Positions 52,109 to 63,748 of a DNA stretch of 64,000 bases are shown piece by piece. The translations under genes and the position numbers were made by a program. How positions within the stretch are numbered: the first letter of the stretch is position 1; each line of letters starts with the position of its first letter. Source of the DNA: Vicugna vicugna (Eukaryota); assembly GCA_013265495.1 (NCBI GenBank), contig MU058198.1:632419-696418 (forward strand). The letters run 5' to 3'. The notes below the pieces were generated by a model. It saw nothing but the letters and a program-made list of their open reading frames with translations. It was not told the DNA's origin and made no database searches.

Positions 52109-55100
52109 GTAGGTGCCTCTGGCTCCCCGACCCTCGTCACTCGCCCTGAAAGAGACTTCCCTGGGTGGTTGGACATTGGTTTGTGCTTCTGGGTAGACCA
52201 TTCATTGAGGGCCCGGGGGCCTCTGGTCCCGCCGTGTTCTGCCTGCCTGGTGCCCCTGCTGCCCTTCTCGTCATTCAGGTCTCAGCTCAAGTGCCTCCTC
52301 AGAGTGGCCCTCCCTGACCCTGTGTCACGTGGCCCTCCCTGACCCCGTCTTGCATGGCCACCGCCCTCCTGCAAAACCTCTGTGCTGTCCCTGTGATGCT
52401 CGGTGTGTTCACTTGTCAGTCGCCTGCCTCCCCCTGCAGAATGTAAGCTTCATGGGGCCAGACCTCGAGGCATGGGTCTTGGAGACCTGCCTGTGCCCAT
52501 CAGGGTCTCTGGGGTCCTTCTGTCACTCACCATGGCATCCCCACCTCGGACAGCTTGACATACAGGCATGTGGGCTAAATAACGACCTCAGTCCTTTTAA
52601 CGCCCATGACAGCCCTGGGACTTGGGGGCTGTGTTCATTCTCCTTGGCTCAGAGAGGTTTCCAGAGCCCCCGGTTTCCTCTGGTCATGACAGAACACGGT
52701 CCCCACCCAGATGCCCCAGCCTGAACTCTTAACCGTCACATTGCCCTCCTTAGTCAAAGCCTTGCCACTTATCTTTTAAGAAGTGGCATGTGGCTGTTGC
52801 CCCACCACGACGGTAAGCTACGTTTTCCCAGCCTTTATTATGTGTGAGTGTAGCTTGGAGAACTTTCGTCTAATTCTCACAACCGTCCAGTGATTCTTCT
52901 ACACTTTCCAGATGAGGACACGGAGTCCTGGAGTGGTAACTATGGAATATGGCCAAGGCATTCTTCTAGAGCCCATGTTCTCATCCACAGAGTATATTCT
53001 TTTATCAGATGTTGTGTCTGCCTTTTCAGAGCAGTTTTTCCATATTCTCCATATGGTCCATATAGAATATTCTCCATATTTTCCATATGGATGATTGATT
53101 TCAGTATGATCTCCATATTATAGTACAACCTTGATAACTCCCTGATGCCCTTCCCCAGTCACCCCATTTTTTGTAGCTTCAGCCCAAATACGTGGGTGAC
53201 AGACGGATCCCAGAAGCCCTGTCTCAGGCTTGGCGGAGATGGTTGGTCTTTCGGGTGTTGTGTTAAGGCTGGTCCCTGTGGTGTCATCAAGGTGGGGAGG
53301 TTGGCAGGGACTCTGGAGTCAAAGCCGGTGACTGGCCTTTCTCTGCATCCTTCCCCTGGGCAGCTGGTCTCGGACTTTCTGCCGCCACGTGCCCCACACC
53401 TCATCCCTGGGTCTTGCTCTTCACCACCCCGAGCTGCCTGCTTGCAGCTCTGAGCATTTCAGTTTTGTTATTCCCACCGAGCAAGAGGCAACCTGACAGC
53501 TCGTTCCTGGTCTCATTTTGGCAGACTCCTGTTTCCTCTGACTGCCACTCACCCACCCACCAGTTCCCTTTCCCAAACCCAAGACAGATTCCGGACTGCT
53601 CGGTTTCCAGCCGCTTCCCAGCACCCACTTCCTTCCCAAACCCAGAATCTCTCTTTCCTAGGATTTGCTCCTATAACTCCTACCCCACCAAGCCCTTTGA
53701 AGATAGAATAAGATCAAACTGGATTTTTAATTTAGTTCTTATTTATTTCTAGCACTGTGTAGAATACCACTGTTACCCTTATCCCCTTCCTCACCCCACT
53801 CAAAACCAGAAGGATATTCTGTAGCTGCGGGTGCACATACACGTGACGTACATTTATGTCCTGGGTTCCCATTCTCCCCAGACTATTCAAGCAAGTCCTG
53901 GAGAGAGTGGGATTTTTTTCTGGACTCCATTCCCTAGTCCAGGGTCAGGGGCACTGCAGGAAGGTCCAGCCTTAAGGTTAGTCCAGAAGGCAGAGGAAAA
54001 ATACAGAACCACTGCCGCCCTGGGGGCCCCAAGTACGTGCTAGCAGCCTCTCTAGGGAGGGAGGATGTGGGCGTGTCCTGCTGACGCTGGGGACCTGCTG
54101 GGTGCAGGGCTGCAGAACTCTGGGAAAGTTAGTGCCAGAGGGCACTGGCTGTGGGTGGAGGAGGCAGCATCAGAACCCATTTCTTCAGGAACTGGTTTAG
54201 CAAACTAGTTAGTATTAGAAGAGGTAACTCCCCTCCTCCAACTGGAAGGCCTTTTTCGAATGCGTGTAAGCTTCTTGGTCTCTGTGGTAGGTGGCTTTCC
54301 GGAGAGAGCCCTGTACCCTATAGTGGGGGTAGGGTCCTTCGCTGTCAGCTTGCACTGGTTACACTGGCTGCGTGCCCTCTGCTCTCCCTGCCGTGGAGAA
54401 TTCTTAGCCCCACCCCCCATCTTTACAACCGTGGGCTCTGGCTCCAGCTTCTTGCCTGGGGCCTCTGAGAGCAGGGCGGTGTGTTTGACAAGTTGTGCCC
54501 AAGAAACATGTGCCACGTGGCTTGAAAGTGTATTTCTTTACTCTGATGCAGCAGCTGGGTGTACTCAGGGGCGGCCGCCGACAGCATAAACGACCATAGC
54601 CTGGGACCCCCAGGCCCACAGTAAAAATAGAGCCCAGAACCATATAATCTGGAACAATTTTATTTTCACATTGGCCTCTTTTTCTCTTGGGGGAGGAGGC
54701 GCTAATGGCGATAACAACTCTAAACAGAATTCTGAAAGAAGAGCAAGGCTGGAATGTTTCCGAAGAACATTTCAACTCACATAAATACCAGGGACACTCA
54801 CTGAAAATGTCTGTCTGTATATGCACATTTATTAGAAAAAATGTGGGTGGATGGAGATGAAATGGAACATATCATCTTTCACTTTAACAACACGCTGTGA
54901 AACTGGGCGCAGGGGCCTCAGGGGTGGGGTCCTCGAGGGCCGGTGCTGGGAGACCTCCCTCTGCCTGGTAGGGAGCAAAGCTTCGCCCTGTGAAAACCCC
55001 AGTGCTGGTGCCTGTGCTCAGTGTCTCATCTCTCAGCCCTGATCGCGGCCCTGCTTCCAGAATTGTCCTCTAAATCCACGTGAAGGAGCCAGCCCTGTTT

Positions 55101-56399
55101 TAATCACAAGCTTTATGAAGCCGTCTGGGTGTGGTGAAGCTGGGAACCATGCCAGACCCTTACAACTTCCTGGAAATGACAGTTCTCATGGGAAAAGGAT
55201 GAAAAGAAGCTCTTTTCTATTTAAAGCCTCCCTGGAGCGAGGAGGGGGCTCGAGGCCCTGATTTGGTCCCCTTGTAATGTGTTCTTAGTTTTCCGGATCT
55301 TTGCACATTGGCTGGCATGCTTTCTCATTCCCCAGACCCATCTCTAACAATTTCATCTCTAATGGGCTGTGCATTTAAAACACATTTGAATTGGGCTTGT
55401 AGGAAAAAATGCTGGAAAAGATACAGAATAATGAAATAGCCAGTGAGCTATCATCTCCCTTGTTTGACTTTCTGAAACTCTCTCTCGCTTCAGTGAAGTG
55501 TAGTTAAAGGGCCTCTCTCAGGGAGACTTTTCAAGTTGGATTTGAGAGAATTTTCTATTAGTGAGGACCTCTAGATCTGAGCAGAACACAGGGGGTCCTC
55601 CTGTTCCCCAGGCATCAGATGAGGGCCAGTTTAAAAGGCGACCAGGACGGGCTGGAGCCCACTGGATGATGTCTGCCCAGGCTCCCGACTGGGACAGAGC
55701 TCACTGTCTGATCAGAGGAACCCAGAGCGGGCAGTTGCTAGCCAGTTAATGAGTCGGTGCCAGGTAGGTGCCACCTTCTCTCCCCGTGTCCGCCGGCTTG
55801 GTACTGGGCAGCTGGACCCGACTCCTTGATGGCCGTGCTGTTCAGTCGGCTCGGCTGCTTCTGCGATCTCACCTGGCCCGGGCTATTGCCGAGGCAGGCT
55901 CTTCAGTCACTCAGCCCCCCTCACCCAGCTGCATCGGAAGTTGCTCCTGGGCGGCTTATTGTGCTGTTTCCTCCTCCACTGGAGGAGGGGCTACGTTGGC
56001 TTAGCAGTTAGCACAGTCTGCTACTCCGTGGGCTCCACATGGGGAAGGATGGTTGGATGATGGACAGTTGGTAGGTTGGTTGGGAAAAGTATGTACTGAT
56101 CTAAACCACATCACACCTTTCCTACTTCCCTGGGTGAAACTGTGCAGGTGCGCTGGGCAGACCTCTTAGCCGCTTCAGAATTTGGATCCCTAATGTGATG
56201 CTCACCGTGGGTGTATGGCTAACCGTGGGTCTATCTGATAAACTGGAGAGGGCTATGGGAGGCTGTGGGTGCCAGCACGGGCTCCAGAGTTGGATGGCTG
56301 GACCTCAGATCCTCCCTCCGCATTTGCTGGCTGTGGCCCCTGAGCAAGTGCCTGAAGCTTTCTGACCTTCGAGTGCCTTATCTGCAAAATGGGCGTGCT

Positions 56400-57010
56400 C
56401 TGGTTTCCTGTCACGGCTTTAAGTCTCCACAGACTTAAAATAGCCCTCATTTCTGATCTCACAGTCTGGCGGGTCAGAAGTTGTGATGGTTGGGCCGGTT
56501 TCTCTGCTGTGGGTTTCCCAAGGCCAAAATGAAGGTGCTGACCGGCTGGCTCTTACCGGGAGGCACTGGGAAGAACCTACTTCGCAGGTCATGTGAGTCG
56601 GTAGACTTCAGTTCCCTGTAGTTTAGGACTGAGATCCTGTTTCCTTGCTGGCCATTGGCTATGGGTGGTTCCTTGGCTCTCAGCTTCCTTCTTCCGTCTT
56701 GAAAGCCAGCACTGGTGGGTCATGTCCTTCTCGTGCTTCGAGTCTCTCTGGTTTCCCCTTCAGCCTCATCTTTCCTCTGCTTTCCTCGTCTACTGCTTGC
56801 CTCTGTCTCCAGCCTGAGAAAGTTCTCTGCTTTTTAGGGCTCAAGTGATTGGATTGGGCCCACCCAGATAATCCAGGATTATCTCCCTAAGGTCCATACC
56901 CTTAATTACACCTGTAATTAAGTCCCTTCACAGCAGCACCTGGATTAGTGTTTGAATAACCAGGGGCCAGGGATCCTGGAGGACAGCTCTAGAATCCTGC
57001 CTACCTACCA
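56400..57010 (-). mobile_element. MLT1F/G-like solo LTR
   Basis: gattggattgggcccacccagataatccaggat...ctagaatcctgcctacctacca. Confidence 0.7.
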
Positions 57011-57929
57011 AGGGTTGCTGGGAAGATTCAGTGAGTCGTGTGAAGCACAGAGCATCATACCTGGCACTCTGTAAGGGCTCCATGCCCGTTAGCTGCCAAG
57101 GAGCAAAGCAGATGCTTGAGGCTCCTGGCAGAATTGATGTCTGCAGTGCCAGCCAAGAGCACCCAGCAAGGATATCACAGGCCCACACAGACGTGTGGTC
57201 TGACCTGGTCCCCTGTTAAGGCTTACCTGTTGGCTTGGACTATCCCTGGTGCCTTTGTTTACCTCTGGGAGCTGGTAACCTTTCTCCTGGGCCTGTTTTG
57301 GAGGTTTTCCCTTTTTTGTCTTTGCCGTGAAAAGCTGGGGTTCAGGTTTGTTCTACTCTTGACATTTTGGTTAGACTTTCCTTGTTTGAGTACCTTTCAC
57401 ATCAGATTATTTAGCAAGAGAGGAAAGATCTGGTGTTAGGAGTATAGAATGGTTCTCAAAAGCTGGGCATGGGCGCCAAGCCTCGGGGACCATTGTTCAT
57501 GGGGAGCTGGCTTTGGTCTTCATTACCAGCACCCAGAGGGCGGGAAGAGTGACTGAAATTTTGGGTGGCCTGAGGACACATCAGCCTTTCGGTTTTCACT
57601 TGTACTTGCGTTAAAGCAAGAAGGCCCATCACTGCGGGGTTCAGTTTCATTCCTTGACCCCACGGAGCGCTGAGTCTCATGAGCGCATCACTGGCTTCTG
57701 CTTCCAGTCCATGGGAGACGCCCACGTGGGAGGCACAGAGCAGGGCTTCACCCTGTGAGCTGGTGTCACCTTAACTGTCATACTGCCGAAGCAGCTGGGA
57801 CTCTGGGAGGCTAAGCAGCTCGCCCTCCAGAAGATCTGTAATAGAGCTGGCCCTGGAACCCGGGGCCGCACCCATGCTGGACCGGGCCTGCGCCCCGGTG
57901 CCAGGAGTAACCTCCCTTTTCTGTTTCAG

Positions 57930-58076
57930 GCCCTGAAGCGCCAGAGCTCCTTGGGCCTCTCCTTCTTCAACAGCATCTTGGCCCACGGGGACCTGCGCAA
58001 CAACAGGCTCAACCAGCTCTCCGTCAACCTGTGGCACCTGGCCCAGAGGCACGGCTGTGCGGACACCAGGACCATG
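57930..58076 (+). CDS. VPS35L: VPS35L penultimate exon ([49 protein letters not shown])
   Basis: ctgtttcag|GCC...ATG|gtgagg; 147 nt. Confidence 0.96.
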
Positions 58077-58233
58077 GTGAGGCGCTCGGGGTGCCCCCCC
58101 CCCCAAGACACAGGTATCCTGGCCAGCGACACAAGCCCACAGGCCGGACACAGCTGGCCCCAACACAGTGTCGGGGCCTGGACATCAAACAGCCCCAGTC
58201 TGCCCTTCTAGAAAGGCGCCTGGCCCTACAAAG

Positions 58234-58542
58234 TACAGACGGCTTTCCATATCTGCAGGTCCCACATCCTCGGATTCAACCAACTGCAGATTAAAAATAT
58301 TCAGGGGGAAAACGATTCTGGAAAGTTGCAAAAAGCAAAACCAGAATTTGCCGTGTACCAGCGACTATTTACATACCATTTACATTGTGTTAGGTATTGT
58401 AAGTAATCTAGAGGTGACTTCAACATACGGGAGGATGTATGTAGGTTATATGTAAATACTACACCATTATATATGCGAGATTGAGTAGCCCTGGAGTTTG
58501 GTATCAGTGGGGGGTCCTAGAACCAAGGGAGGACTGACAGTA
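58234..58542. mobile_element. MER2-family (TcMar-Tigger) element in last intron
   Basis: tacagacggctttccatatctgcagg...ggattcaaccaactgcagattaaaaatattc...gtaagtaatctagagg. Confidence 0.75.
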
Positions 58543-58760
58543 TTAAGAGTTAGTTCCCGCTGAATAAAAACCACACATATGGAAACATCAGTCATTCCTG
58601 GTGCTTTTAAGAGCACGTTGTAATCTAAGGAGTCTCATTTAAAAACTGGTTTCTTCTCCCTTCTCTGCTAAGAAAGCATAAGCTGGTTTGTTGGAGCCTT
58701 GGGCCCCAAGGATAGAGAAGTACGAACAGAAAGGAGATGAATCTTTCTCTTCACTCCTAG

Positions 58761-58859
58761 GTGAAGACCCTGGAATACATCAAGAAGCGAAGCAAACAGC
58801 CAGACATGGGGCATCTGACCGAGCTGGCCCTCAGGCTCCCTCTGCAAACACGGACCTGA
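58761..58859 (+). CDS. VPS35L: VPS35L terminal coding exon ([32 protein letters not shown])
   Basis: tcactcctag|GTG...ACC TGA; C-terminus matches the recalled VPS35L end RLPLQTRT. Confidence 0.96.
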   Translation: MKTLEYIKKRSKQPDMGHLTELALRLPLQTRT

Positions 58860-58900
58860 CCCCAGGAGCCCTGGTGCCAAGTCCAGAAAGACCTGTTTTG

Positions 58901-58950
58901 CTTTTTTTTTTTTATACATATATACACATATATACATATATATGTGTATG
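58901..58950. repeat. T-run followed by degenerate (TA/CA)n repeat in the 3'UTR
   Basis: ttttttttttttatacatatatacacatatatacatatatatgtgtatg. Confidence 0.85.
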
Positions 58951-59315
58951 CAGACTGGTTTAAGCTCTGGCCTTTACCCAGATGATTCTGACAGTGAAGT
59001 GGAAACTGTCAGAGCATGCAAAGCCAATCCTGTTCACCCAGCACAGCGCCTGTTTCTTTGCACAAGTGGCCTTCAGATTGGCCTTAAGTGAGAAACAGAA
59101 GAATGCAAGTAACATCTTTCTCTTCTGGAAGGTGTTTTTTAATTGGGAAAAGAACTCTGAAAAGCAATCCACTCTGAAAGAGCCACTGTGCCCACTCCCT
59201 CATTTGCTTTCTATCAAAAGCAGCTCTTGACTGGGTTCAGAATATGTTAGTGGATTAAAGGAAAAAGCAAGGTTAAATATGAGACTCCCCGTGACTGGGA
59301 AATACACTGTAACTG

Positions 59316-59321
59316 AATAAA
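59316..59321 (+). terminator. polyadenylation signal AATAAA (variant ATTAAA also at 59254..59259)
   Basis: First AATAAA after the stop; followed by GT/T-rich sequence (gttatgttcatgactgttcattt). Confidence 0.7.
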
Positions 59322-59365
59322 CCTCCTGAAGCAGTTATGTTCATGACTGTTCATTTAATTACTGC

Positions 59366-59868
59366 TGACTCTCATCCAGAAGACAATGTGTCTAAACATA
59401 CTGCCTGGTTTGCTTTGCAACCGTAATTCTGAACAGCATATGAGTCTGTCTACTTCCTTACCAGTCGGGGGGGGGGGATCTGATCCTTGTACTACCACTG
59501 ACGAGCTTCCACTGGCAGTTTATTTTCAATCATCAGTAAGAGCCTTAATATTGGTAGTGGTGACTCCGCCTAGAACCCCTTGCTCAGGAAACGCATGCAC
59601 GCTGTGAACTGAAAGTGACTCTCATCCAGAAGACAATGTGTCTAAACATACTGCCTGGTTTGCTTTGCAGCCGTAATTCTGAACGGCATATGAGTCTGTC
59701 TACTTCCTTACCAGTCGGGGGCGTGGGGGGATCTGATCCTTGTACTACCACTGACGAGCTTCCACTGGCAGTTTATTTTCAATCATCAGTAAGAGCCTTA
59801 ATATTGGTAGTGGTGACTCCGCCTAGAACCCCTTGCTCAGGAAACGCATGCACGCTGTGAACTGAAAG
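59366..59868. repeat. direct tandem duplication, 2 units (59366..59615 and 59616..59868)
   Basis: Both units start tgactctcatccagaagacaatg and end gtgaactgaaag; they differ by two A/G substitutions and a G-run variant. Confidence 0.97.
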
Positions 59869-60654
59869 TGCCCCTGGGCCGGCCTGCTTTTGGAAAGTGT
59901 ACGCTGGACCTAGACTGCATTTCACCTCTCCTCTGCGAAACGCTCGATTACAGTTCACACAGTGACAGTGGCTAAAATAATTTTTTTACAAGTTACATAA
60001 ACTCACATTTTAACTGAATAGGACCAAGCATATGCTATGGATTTTCTGGCCAGCTCAACAGTGAACCCCCCTTCCCACGCACCCCCATACAAGATTTCTG
60101 TTGAGAAAATGGCATTCGTCAAAGGACAGTGGGGACTGAAGGAGGCCCCTTGACTGAACAAAACACAGGCATTCAGACAGCATGGGCGTTGCTCAAATAT
60201 CCCCAGGGGGCCTTTATTTCACAAAGCTATTTCCATGAAAATGATTTCATATGCCACTTTTAATCTGATACTATTCAAATGAACAACTGGCAGGCTCACA
60301 AATGATGCACTTGCACTTCGTCATTTCTTCCACTTTGAGGCTGTGTGCCGGCGTCGGTGCCCAGGCCTGAGTCAGTAGGGTCTTAATGCCCTTCCATTAA
60401 CCTGGACTTGGACCTTGACGTCAGGTCAGGTCTACATTACAGCGAAGGAGCTTCTGAATCACCCGCCACCTGGCCAGGTGGACGCTTAGATCTTCTACGC
60501 TCTTGTGTGCTTTCCCCCAGCCTGTTCGTTACTCAGATAATTAGCCACGGCCTTCGTGGGATGAAGTCTACTATCGTGAAGGATGATGGAACGATTTTTA
60601 AGTCCAAAAATTTTCGGAAATAAGGTAAAAATGAGGAAAACTTCTCATAAGACC

Positions 60655-61138
60655 TGTATTAGTTTTCTGTTGCTGCTTTAAATTGCCACACACTTACTGG
60701 CTTAAAATGGCACGGTTTTAGCACCTTGCAGCCCTACTGCTCTGAAGTCCAAATGGTCTCAGTGGGCACACCTTCGAAGTGAAGGTGCTGGCTGAGCTGC
60801 GTCCCTTCTGGAGGCTCAGGGGAGACACAGTGTTCTCGCCTTTTCCAGCTTCCAGAGGACACCTGCATCCCTTGGCTGTGGCCCCTTCCTCCCGCTTCAA
60901 AACTACTGACAGCTGGATGAGTGTTCCTTGCAAGTCTCTTCTTTCGTCTCCCTCTTCGACTTTTAATCCTGGATTGCCTGGGTGGGCCCAGTCTAATCTT
61001 ATTAAGGTCAACCGGTTAGCAACCGTAATTCCATCTGCTACCTTAAACTCCCTTTTGCTTTGTGGACCAGACTCACAGGTTCCAGACTCACAGATTAGGA
61101 CTTGGACATCTTCGGGAGAAACTGTTATTCTGACCACA
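60655..61138 (-). mobile_element. MLT1D/E-like solo LTR
   Basis: tgtattagttttctgttgctgc...gattaggacttggacatctt...ttattctgaccaca; accounts for ORFs 60718..61209 and 60779..61300. Confidence 0.75.
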
Positions 61139-63519
61139 AGTCTGAACAGCCCTAAGTTTGTACAGCCGAACACACGATTTTTAAGGGGAGAACCGTGTCT
61201 ACCTGGCAAATACTTTCGACAGGCCAGCCTAGTTGTGGAAAGGGGGCCTAGTGGGCTAAGGCAGGATGGCAGGAATCACCCCAAGGAATACAGTGGTTAA
61301 GAATCATGAGGTTTTGGGGGGAGCTGGATGAAGACAAGTATACAGATGGGAGGACCCTGCATAGAGGAGGGGCAGTGAGAAATCCCCAAGGGAGAAACAG
61401 CCAACAAGTTTGAGAACAGGTCTGTTAAATATTCAGCTAAGATCTTGGCTCTGCTTAGATACCAGACCTCTCCCTCCCACTTCTCCCCGATTCTGAGTAA
61501 AAATCCAAAAACTGCCTTGCTCCAGTGGAGGTAGGCTGTGTTCTACATGGAGTCAACATATGAAGAACGTGGGAAATCACAGCAAAAAACCTTGCAGCTT
61601 ACAGAGGGCTCTGGACATGGCAGGAGGAGGGCCGCGGGTGACTCAAGCCAGTGTTGTTTAATTTACAAAAGGACAGAGACCCAGTGAACATCAGCTCAGA
61701 GTGATCACTCTCAGGACTGCGGGCAGCTGCAGGGCAGGACCTGCCTCCAAAGCCACAGTGGTCCGCACCCCCCAGGGCAGCCCGGACAAGGCCGAGTCCA
61801 AGCTGAGGACACCTGGCATCTCGCTATCCCAGCTGCCCAACCTTCTCGCAGAGCCTGCTTCAGGAACAGACTTTAATAACCCTGCCCAAGCAAGCGGAAC
61901 GCCTCAGCCAACGGTGACACTGAGCTAGAAAGTCGCATCCCATCACACAGAGACTGCTTCCCCTAAACAGCAAGAGGAGAAAGGCCTGACCCTCACGCCC
62001 GAATGAGAGCCTCGCCGTGGGGGAGGCCGGAGGACAATCGCTCAGCCACTCTCCAGAATCGCCCAAGAGAAGGCCGAGCAGTCCCTCCTGATGAGCTGAG
62101 CAGGACCAGACTGTAGGGTGCTCCCCTGGCAAGATAAAAAGGGCAAGAGAAGCAGCGGCTGGTTCCCACGTACACTGAGCAAGTTCCTCTGGTGCTGATC
62201 AAGACCGGGAGATGTATTCCCGTCACGACCGGAGGTGCCCTGAAGAGCTGACTCAGACGCAGAGCCTCGCTTTCTAGGCATCAGATGGCCGCTTCCATTG
62301 TGTCTCTCAGGGCTAAATCCTCGGAGGGCCAAGTTCACATTATGCGGGAGGCGGCCCCCTGGATCGCTGCTAGCACAGTGTGGAGGACTCTAGAACAGGC
62401 CAGTGCTTGGTGGTCAGGGCGCAGGCAGGCCTGCTCACCACCGCCCCGTGGGGCACCAGTGCACCCATGCTGGCCTCGCCAGCATCCACACCTCAGTCCT
62501 CCTTCCTGGCTGGGCCCTGAGTCTCCCTCCACGTGCCAGGGGCTGGCTCAGGAATAGGTATGTGACCCACTGCTGGGCAATGAGTTATGACAAAAGGTCT
62601 CTTGAGGGGCTTCTGGAAGTCTCCTTGAACCATAAGATTTTTCTTCCTCTTCTGGAATGGTCTAGTGTACTGCTGTGCTGCCTGGAATTGCTAGTCATTT
62701 TTCTACCAGCCTGATGAAGCCAGCACTGAGTACGGAGGAGCAGAGAGACAAAGAATGCTCCCTCGTGAGGAGCTGAATCAACCCCGACAACAGACCCTCC
62801 TGCCACGTGAGAGGCTGAGTCCCTGGCTGTCTAGGCCGGCCTGAGACGGGACGCCTGTAGGGGCCGTTCAAGCCAAGTGATGTGAAAAAGGCCCAATCAG
62901 AACTTACACGGTGGGAAGCGCGATGCTGGGTGGATGGAGGTGGTGGCCATGTGTCACTCAGGTCACTGAACCTGGAGCTCTGGGAGGCTGGCTGGACAGT
63001 CAAGCCTGGGAAACACTGTTCCTGCTGCTGAGGAGCAACATCCCGTCTTCCCTGTGTGTCCTGCCTCTGGGCACCTGACCTCCACAGACGGCACCTGGGA
63101 GTCTCTTTCTTGTGACTGAAAAGAGTCCAATAAACAAATCCCTGGGAACGCATCTGTCACGGGTTCACGCGAAGGGCTAACGAACTGCCCCTCTAAAATG
63201 CCTCGTTCACAGTCCTGCTGAAGCAAAAAGACTAAATCCAACCACAGCACAGGGAAGCAGGGCAAAAGGCAAGACTGGCTTAGAAACACACTTCCCAGCG
63301 GCAGAGGAAGCTCAGCCACACCTGCCAGGTGGCAGTGCAGGCGCCTCTGTGCCTGCGGCTACTCCAAGAAGGGAAAGGAAAGTGAGCTTCCTCGCCCCCC
63401 TTTACATCAGCCCCACTTCCTGTTTGAGATTCCGACATGCAATAAGCTTGTTTCTCAAAAGACATTTTAAGCCCCAATGAGTATTCTGGGTGACATTCTC
63501 AAGAGGGGACATTCAGAAT

Positions 63520-63748
63520 ACTGAATTGTGGCGCAGGACTTGGGGCACAAAAGTACTTGGCACTTAACTGGTTGGGTGACCCCAGGCAACTTTATTACTT
63601 CCTCCCTGAACCTCGGTCTCCTCATCTATAAGATGGGGATGATAATAGCACCTATTTCATTGTTACGAAGATTAAATACATTAATGCGAGGGAGACACTT
63701 CACTATGTGCCTGGCACACACGCAGCACTCGACAAGCGTTAGCTATTC
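63520..63748 (+). mobile_element. MIR SINE
   Basis: gtgaccccaggcaac...cctcggtctcctcatctataagatgggg...gtgcctggcacac...gttagctatt. Confidence 0.75.

Larger units (their letters stand above)
58860..59345 (+). other. VPS35L: VPS35L 3'UTR (end approximate)
   Basis: Between the stop codon and the AATAAA at 59316; cleavage site inferred ~15-25 nt downstream of the signal. Confidence 0.7.

Noticed and set aside
4016..58760. U12-type (minor) introns
   Set aside because: None of the 16 donors matches GTATCCT/ATATCCT; all are U2-type GT-AG.
59386..59860. two near-identical small ORFs (73/81 aa) suggesting a duplicated micro-gene
   Set aside because: They are a by-product of the tandem duplication; no promoter, splice or homology support.
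60718..61300. 163-aa and 173-aa overlapping ORFs
   Set aside because: Both lie over an MLT1 solo LTR and resemble no protein I recognise.
61600..62560. CpG island or promoter
   Set aside because: GC-rich, but CpGs look only modestly enriched by eye and no first exon is evident; compatible with 3'UTR sequence.
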